Source: an uncultured Verrucomicrobiae bacterium (GTDB lineage Bacteria > Verrucomicrobiota > Verrucomicrobiia > Limisphaerales > Palsa-1400). From it: a DNA stretch of 64,000 nt. This document shows, in pieces, positions 58,107-64,000 of this stretch. Every line of letters starts with the position of its first letter. The first letter of the stretch is position 1. The stretch is taken from the NCBI GenBank assembly GCA_963707025.1, contig CAVPOM010000010.1, positions 32,001 to 96,000 on the forward strand, read 5' to 3'. A model generated the notes under the pieces. That model worked only from the letters and a program-made list of their open reading frames with translations. It had not been told where the DNA came from and did not search any database. The translations under genes and the position numbers were made by a program.

Positions 58107-60959
58107 GTGGTTACGGCAAAGACACAATACAACCTGAAAAACGCGCGGGAATACTTCGAGGAACACCTCTGCGTCGGCGATTACTACGATGAAGGGCAGC
58201 GCGTGGCCGGCGAATGGGTTGGCGTGGGGGCGGAGCGGCTCGGATTGGCCGGAAAAGTCCGCGCCGATGATTTTCTGCGGTTGTGCGAGAATCAGCATCC
58301 AGCCACTGGTGAGAAATTGACCCACGGAATTGAACACCACGCGGATTAAGGATGGTCAGACCGTGGCCAACCGGCGGATATTTTATGACTTCACATTTTC
58401 CCCGCCGAAATCGGTTTCGCTGGCGGGCTTCCTCGGCGACGACGAGCGGATTTTCAAAGCTCACGACCGGGCGGCGCGAGTGGCGTTAAAAAACTTCGAG
58501 GACTTCGCGGCAACCCGTATTCGCATTGGTGGCGCGCGTAGTGAACGGCTGACGGGCAATTTTGCCGCCGCGTTGTTCACCCACGACACCTCACGCGCGC
58601 TCGACCCGCATCTGCACACGCACTGCATTGTTTTCAACGCCACGTTTGACCCGGTGGAAAACCGCTGGAAGGCGTTGGAAAATTACGAACTTCTTGCGCG
58701 CCCGAAAATTTGCCGAGAATGTCTATTATCACGAACTCGCCCGCGACCTTCGGTCTTTCGGCTACCAGATACGAAACCGGGCGCGCGGTGATTTTCAAAT
58801 CGAAGGCATCTCTGAAGAATTGTGCGAGCGATTTTCCAAACGGCGTGGACAAATTGATGCGGCGCTGGCCAAATTGCTGGCCGAAAAACCAGAACTCAAA
58901 GCTGGCAACATTGCCGAATTGAGGTCACGGCTTGCAGAATCAGAGCGAACTCGAAAGCAAAAGACATTGAGCCGCGATGAACTTCGGGCGTTGTGGGATG
59001 CGCAATTGAGCGAGTCTGAACGTGCGTTCATGCACCAGCTTCCAAACCAACCAGCAGTCAAAGTGGAGGAACAAAAACCTGTCAACGTCAGTGAAGCCGT
59101 GCAGTGGGCGGAGGAACATTTGTTCGACCGCAACTCGGTCGTGCTGGAATGTCAGTTGTGGCAGGAGGCATTGGGCCGGGCGCGTGGTGAGGGTTTTTCC
59201 GTTTCCGATCTCAAGGAATTCACCCAGCGGCGTGGCTATATCCGGGACGAAGCGCGTCCAGGCGAAGTGACTCTGCGTGAAGTTCTGCTGCGCGAATGGG
59301 AAATCGTTCAGACCGCGAAAGAGGGCGTCGGGGATTGTCTCCCGCTGGTGTGCGAATCCCCGCCCGGCGAATCCGCAACTCGACAATGAACAACGCCAAG
59401 CCCTCGAATCCTTGCTGCGTTCGACAAATGGCGTTTCTGTTTTTCGCGGCGGTGCGGGCACGGGCAAAAGTTTTGTCCTGCGCGAACTGGTGGAGCAACT
59501 GCGGCAGTCTGGCCGGGGCGTGGTCGTCCTCGCGCCGCAACGTCAGCAAGTCGTGGAAATGGAGAAGGCCGGATTTCCGTCGCCAACGACGGTCGCCAAT
59601 TTTCTCATCAAGCGTGAACTGGCTGACAGCGCCGTCATCGTGGTGGACGAAGCGGGGCAGATTGGCGGGCGGCAGATGTTGGAGCTTGTCCGGTTGATCC
59701 ATGAGCGACACGGACGGCTGGTTCTCTCCGGCGACACGCGGCAACACGGAGCGGTTGAGGCTTCGGATGCGCTGCTTGCCATCGAACGCCATGCCGGCGT
59801 GAAGCCGGTCGAACTGCACAAGATTCGTCGGCAAGACCCGGCGCTCGGTCGTGATGACGAGGAACGCAAGCGCATCAGGCTGTATCGGAAAGCGGTCGAA
59901 GCGGCGGCGGCTGGCAAGTTGGGCGATTCGTTTGAACGCCTCGACAAAATGGGCGCGATTGTCGCGTGTGGCATTGGCGAACAAGCCGACAAGCTCGCCG
60001 ACGAATATCTCCGGCTCGCGGAGCAAAACGCTTCGGCGGTCGTCGTCTCGCAAACTTGGGGCGAAGTGCATCGCGTCAACTCGCGCGTGCGTGATGCGTT
60101 GAAAGGAAAAGGATTGCTCGGCGCGGCAGACTCGGCGGTTCAAGCACTGGAAAGAATTGACCTCACCAACGCGCAGAAGCGCGATGAGCGTTTCTATCCG
60201 CCAGATGCCGTCATTGTTTTCAATCAGAAAGTCCGCAATGCCGAACCGGGCGCGAAAGGCAAGCTGGCGGGCATTTTGAAATCGAGCGTGCTTGTTGAAG
60301 TCGGCGGGAAATTCGTGACGGTCTCGAACCGATTGCTCGACCGCATCACGGTCTGCCAGGCGCGCGAGCTTTCTGTCGCTGATGGCGACCGTCTGCATCT
60401 CAAGGCCAATCGCAAGCTGGCGTCAGGCGGGCGCGTCACCAACGGTGAACTCGTCACCGTGAAATCTGTCCGCGCCGATGGCGGAGTTGAACTGACTGAT
60501 GGCCGCGTCTTGGACAAAACATTCCGTGAATTTCTTCCCGGCTACGCGGTCACGTCCTACGGTTCACAGGGCAAAACCGTGGATTACGTCCTGTTTTCCG
60601 ATTCGACGGTCAAGCCGGCAACGAACGCGCAACAATGGTATGTGACCATTTCGCGCGGGCGGCGCGGCATCCGCATTTTCACGCCGGACAAGCAGCAACT
60701 TCGTGAGAATATCACCCGCTCCGGTCATCGGCCACTGGCGATGGAATTTGCGGCCGGTTCTGTCCCGCGCGGACAGCATCGGCTTTGGAATCGGCTGCAC
60801 GGTTATCTTATTCGCTTCGGTCGTCGAGCCGCCGAACGAATTTTCCGTCTCCATCTGGCTCAACAACATCAACCAAAACATCAAACCATACAAAAACATG
60901 AGCACAAAAACACCCGAATGTTGGGCCAGCGACCCACAGGCACGCGGATTACGCATTGA
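58107..60959 (+). CDS. mobF: MobF/TrwC relaxase-helicase (about 3 frameshifts)
   Basis: GDYY, YDFTFSPPKSVS, HDTSRALDPHLHTH (HUH), FSKR, GGAGTGKS, VVDEAG, GDTRQH, YAVTSYGSQGKTVD, YVTISRGR, spread across four overlapping ORFs. Confidence 0.92.
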
Positions 60960-61242
60960 AGTAACGCCAGAGCGTTCACTGTTGTTGCCGCACAATCATT
61001 TCATCTTTGCGGAACTCGACAGTGGCGGCGACGAGCAAAACCTCAAGCTCGTCTTCACCACGCACGAGATTTCCGTTCGCGGCCATCATTTGCGGCGGAT
61101 TGAAACGGTCATGCAGCGGATGGAATTGTCGCTGCTCGCCAAGTTGCCAAGCAATCAGCGGAAGCTCATCACGGAAGGTCAGCCAATGGTGTTGGAGATT
61201 GAGGTGACCGAAACAACTGATGCCGAGAAGAAGGCAAAATGA
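60898..61242 (+). CDS. Hypothetical protein downstream of the relaxase
   Basis: MSTKTPECWASDP..., 114 aa; overlaps the relaxase end. Confidence 0.65.
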   Translation: MSTKTPECWASDPQARGLRIEVTPERSLLLPHNHFIFAELDSGGDEQNLKLVFTTHEISVRGHHLRRIETVMQRMELSLLAKLPSNQRKLITEGQPMVLEIEVTETTDAEKKAK

Positions 61243-61371
61243 ATCGTTGAGGTAAATTGAAAATCTAAGGAGGAAGCCCCGTTTCCTCAGCAACCAAATG
61301 AGGCGATTTGTCTGGCCGGTTTCCGAGTGCCGGGCATCTCACAAATGACTATGAGCATGTAGCGGGTAAAT

Positions 61372-61863
61372 TCAGATGGAAGCAATACGGTCGTAAATCG
61401 CCAGTAAAATTGGGAACGCTGACGCCGAAAGGATATTGCCAATCAATGAAGCGAGCAGACATTTGAAAATTGACGGTGATGCCAGGTTAGATTTGGCCGA
61501 TGGGACAAACCGGCAAATCAGATAAATCAGGGTTCCCTCGACCACCACCACCAACCCTTCGCCAATTCCTACGGCGAAAGCCGGGCGCATATTTTGTTCC
61601 AGCCAAAGGAATCCCAGAAACGCCGGATATGTGAACAGATGAATGCCGACGAGCCATAAAATGAAGAAGCGTGGTTTTTTTGAACGCCAAAGCATCAATA
61701 AAATACAAACCACCTCCAACAAGATGGCGCAGACGATCAGGAAAGTGATTTCCGGCGTGAGAGGTTTTTCGGGCATCTCAATGGGGTTGGCACTCGCAGA
61801 AGCAACCGGAAGAAATGCCGCAGCGAGAAACGCCAGACGCCGAAAGTAATTTTGCGTTTTCAT
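61372..61863 (-). CDS. Integral membrane protein
   Basis: Signal peptide (ASASA-NP) plus about 4 TM helices. Confidence 0.7.
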   Translation of the reverse strand: MKTQNYFRRLAFLAAAFLPVASASANPIEMPEKPLTPEITFLIVCAILLEVVCILLMLWRSKKPRFFILWLVGIHLFTYPAFLGFLWLEQNMRPAFAVGIGEGLVVVVEGTLIYLICRFVPSAKSNLASPSIFKCLLASLIGNILSASAFPILLAIYDRIASI

Positions 61864-63477
61864 TTTATTCCAGCTTTGGCGGCGGCTGCGGGATCAATTT
61901 CTTTGAGCTGATTTGTCGCACTCAGCCGGACATCTTCGTTGGGGTCGTTCAACAATTTTACAAAAATTGGAATCGCCTGTTGGCGCCATTGGGGAAAATC
62001 TTTGCCAATTCCATCCGTCAAATTATTGGCGGCTTCACCGCGAACTTCCGGAAACTGGTTGGTCAATCCCTTGAACAGAATTGGCATGGCGTTTGATCCC
62101 GTTCCAACCGTTGCAAGCATGGCAAACAAGGCGGTGTCCTGATTGGTGCCGTCCATGAGCGACTGCAATGGCGGAAGCGCCGGGTCGGCGTTTTCGCCCA
62201 AAGTGATGAATGCCCTGACGGCATCAATGTTGACTTCGGGAGGCGCGCAGACCAAAGGGTGGTTGCAAATAGACGATTCGTTTAAGCAATGCAGGTATGG
62301 CATTCGTTCCCATCTGCTGGAGTGCCTGTTTCGCCTCTTCTGGAAAATGCACCGTCGTTATCGTGCGACTTCAGCCATTCTCCCAGGCTCTTTGCCTTCA
62401 AAACGGGGATCATCCGAAAACTGGGACTCCATCGGATGCTCGGCCTGGTATTGTTTGGTAATCAATTCTCTGGCCCTGCGAGCCAAGGCCGGATCAGGGT
62501 CTGAAGCCGACTGTTGCATCGCCGCTTGAATCTCCAAATTGGTCGCCGGGTATTGGTTGAGCAATTCTACGGATATTTTTCGCCGGTGGGAATCGGCAGA
62601 CCGAAAATTTTCAAAAACGATGGGCAGGGCTTTGTCCGGCGCGATGGCCACCAAGGTTTTCAGTGCCTGATTAACTGTATTCGGACTTCCATGTTCCACG
62701 GCGTTGCTCAAATCTGGAAATGCCCGCATGGCGTTGGTTCCGAAATTTGCCAAAAACTTGGCGGCCCATGAGGCAACGGTATCCTGTTTGTCTCGCAACG
62801 CTTCAAGCAAAAGCGGTATGGCTAAATCTGGTGCCTGGGTTTGCAGGCCGATGCCCTGCACGGCGGCGAATCGGACCGAACCATCAGGGTCTTCGAGGCA
62901 TTCCCGCATCTTTGCGAGATATACTTCGTCATTATCCGTCACCCACGCGAATTGCTGGGTGGCAAAATAGCGAACCTGAACGCTCTGGTTGGTCAACGCT
63001 TGGGACACGGACTGGCTCGGCGGGTGGACCGACCGCGATCAGACAGCGCACGGCAACGAAGGCGTGCTCCTTGTCATTCAGAAGTTTTGTCAATTCGGCG
63101 ACGGCGGGAGCGGCATTTGTTTCCAAGGCTTCGAAGCCGGCGATGCCAAGTTGCTGCCAATCCTCCGCCGAACGCCAATGCAGGAAATCAATTCTCAGCT
63201 TTTCGCGCTGTCCGATGAGCCAGGTGCTGACGGGGTCTTCCTTTGTTTCAACCAATTTCAATAACACCGGCACGGATTTCTTTGCGCCAATCGCACGAAC
63301 GGCCGCTTGCGCTTCCGATAGACGTTGAGTTTCGTTCAGCGGCGTGTCGTAGCATTGCTGCAACCAACTGCTTAATGACCGTCCCTGATAACGCGGTTCG
63401 CGTGGAAACAGCAGCAGGCTGACGCCGCCCAAAGCCAGAACCAGAGCGATGAAGAAAAATATGCGTTTGGTCTTCAT
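61860..63477 (-). CDS. HEAT-repeat membrane-anchored protein (frameshifted into three ORFs)
   Basis: N-terminal TM, REPRYQGRSLSSWL, repeated AVP.L..LL.D....VR..A motifs. Confidence 0.75.
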
Positions 63478-63615
63478 CTGATTTTAATTTCAAACATGGT
63501 TGTGACGCTTCCGCATCATGTTTGCAAGTTGAATGTGACAAATAATGCCGAGTTGAAAAATAAAAAAAGGCGATTCTTCAATGTTTTGAAGAATCGCCCT
63601 GTGTGCTCGGCATTA

Positions 63616-64000
63616 TCAAGTGCTATAGAAATATCCAAGACTGCGAAGACTGGAATGATTTGGGTTTCCAATTACGATGTGGTCGAGAACTTCGATTTTG
63701 AGAAGTTGACCGGCTCGAATGAGGTCACGGGTGATTTTTATGTCCGCTTCCGATGGAGTTGGATCACCGCTCGGGTGAGAATGCGCGATAATGATTGCGG
63801 CAGCACTTGCCATGATTGCCAATCTGAAAATTTCCCTCGGATGACAAAGGATTGTATCCATCGTGCCAATGGACACCAAGATAGTGACCTTTGATGCGTC
63901 GGCGGGTGTTGAGGATGAATACCACCAAACATTCACATTCAGGATTGAAGTATGGATGAGTGGCGATATGCGTTTTCCAATAGGCGGCTGCCTGATCAGG
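63616..64000 (-). CDS. radC: RadC-like JAB domain protein (5' end outside window; frameshift near 63900)
   Basis: HPREIFRLAI..SAAAIIIAHSHPSGDPTPSEADI..T..L..AG.LL.I.VLDHIVIG. Confidence 0.9.
   Translation of the reverse strand, partial: LIRQPPIGKRISPLIHTSILNVNVWWYSSSTPADASKVTILVSIGTMDTILCHPREIFRLAIMASAAAIIIAHSHPSGDPTPSEADIKITRDLIRAGQLLKIEVLDHIVIGNPNHSSLRSLGYFYST

Larger units (their letters stand above)
1..64000. mobile_element. Part of an integrative/mobilisable element or plasmid-like island (boundaries not visible)
   Basis: MobF relaxase, coupling protein, Stb/Par-like genes, RadC, stacked defence cargo and a duplicated traD end. No housekeeping genes. No integrase or mating-pore genes in the window. 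Confidence 0.65.

Noticed and set aside
59220..60398. 392-aa minus-strand ORF
   Set aside because: Antisense shadow of the relaxase helicase domain.
63616..64000. RadC JAB domain as part of the ubiquitin-like system
   Set aside because: It is a typical mobile-element RadC, about 10 kb from the operon end, on the other strand and beyond the transfer genes.

Overview
This 64 kb window looks like the cargo and transfer region of an integrative/mobilisable element. The host is probably Verrucomicrobiota, an inference from protein style only. Left arm (1-19.4 kb) is a defence island: MksBEF/Wadjet-like condensin, PLD nuclease, type I R-M with an inserted nucleotidyl-cyclase-like gene, SPARTA (TIR-APAZ + short pAgo), HNH, DUF2188 and a divergent WYL regulator. 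All but mksBEF lie between two copies of a ~245-bp direct repeat. Middle (19.7-54.1 kb) is an apparent sigma54 regulon. A B12-radical SAM / ABC importer / soluble kinase-like / NtrC-family operon is accompanied by four -24/-12-type promoters, each near a CGTAA-N8-TTACG palindrome. These promoters lie upstream of that operon and of three effector modules: a secreted Calx-beta/C39 peptidase, a tubulin-like/MCE/FHA operon, and a ~16-kb E1/E2/JAB/HerA/nucleotidyltransferase operon. In that last operon five zinc-ribbon proteins share an N-terminal tag ((L/T)NKYGE(L/I)(E/D)), and a matching peptide forms the Gly-Gly C-terminus of the final membrane TPR protein; no obvious beta-grasp ubiquitin is present. 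Right arm (54-64 kb) holds a coupling protein, StbAB/ParA-like genes, a CGGAC repeat array, a MobF relaxase-helicase, HEAT and membrane proteins and RadC. Many genes carry single-base frameshifts that are probably sequencing errors. No rRNA, tRNA, CRISPR array or integrase was seen. All family calls come from motif recognition by eye; no searches were run.
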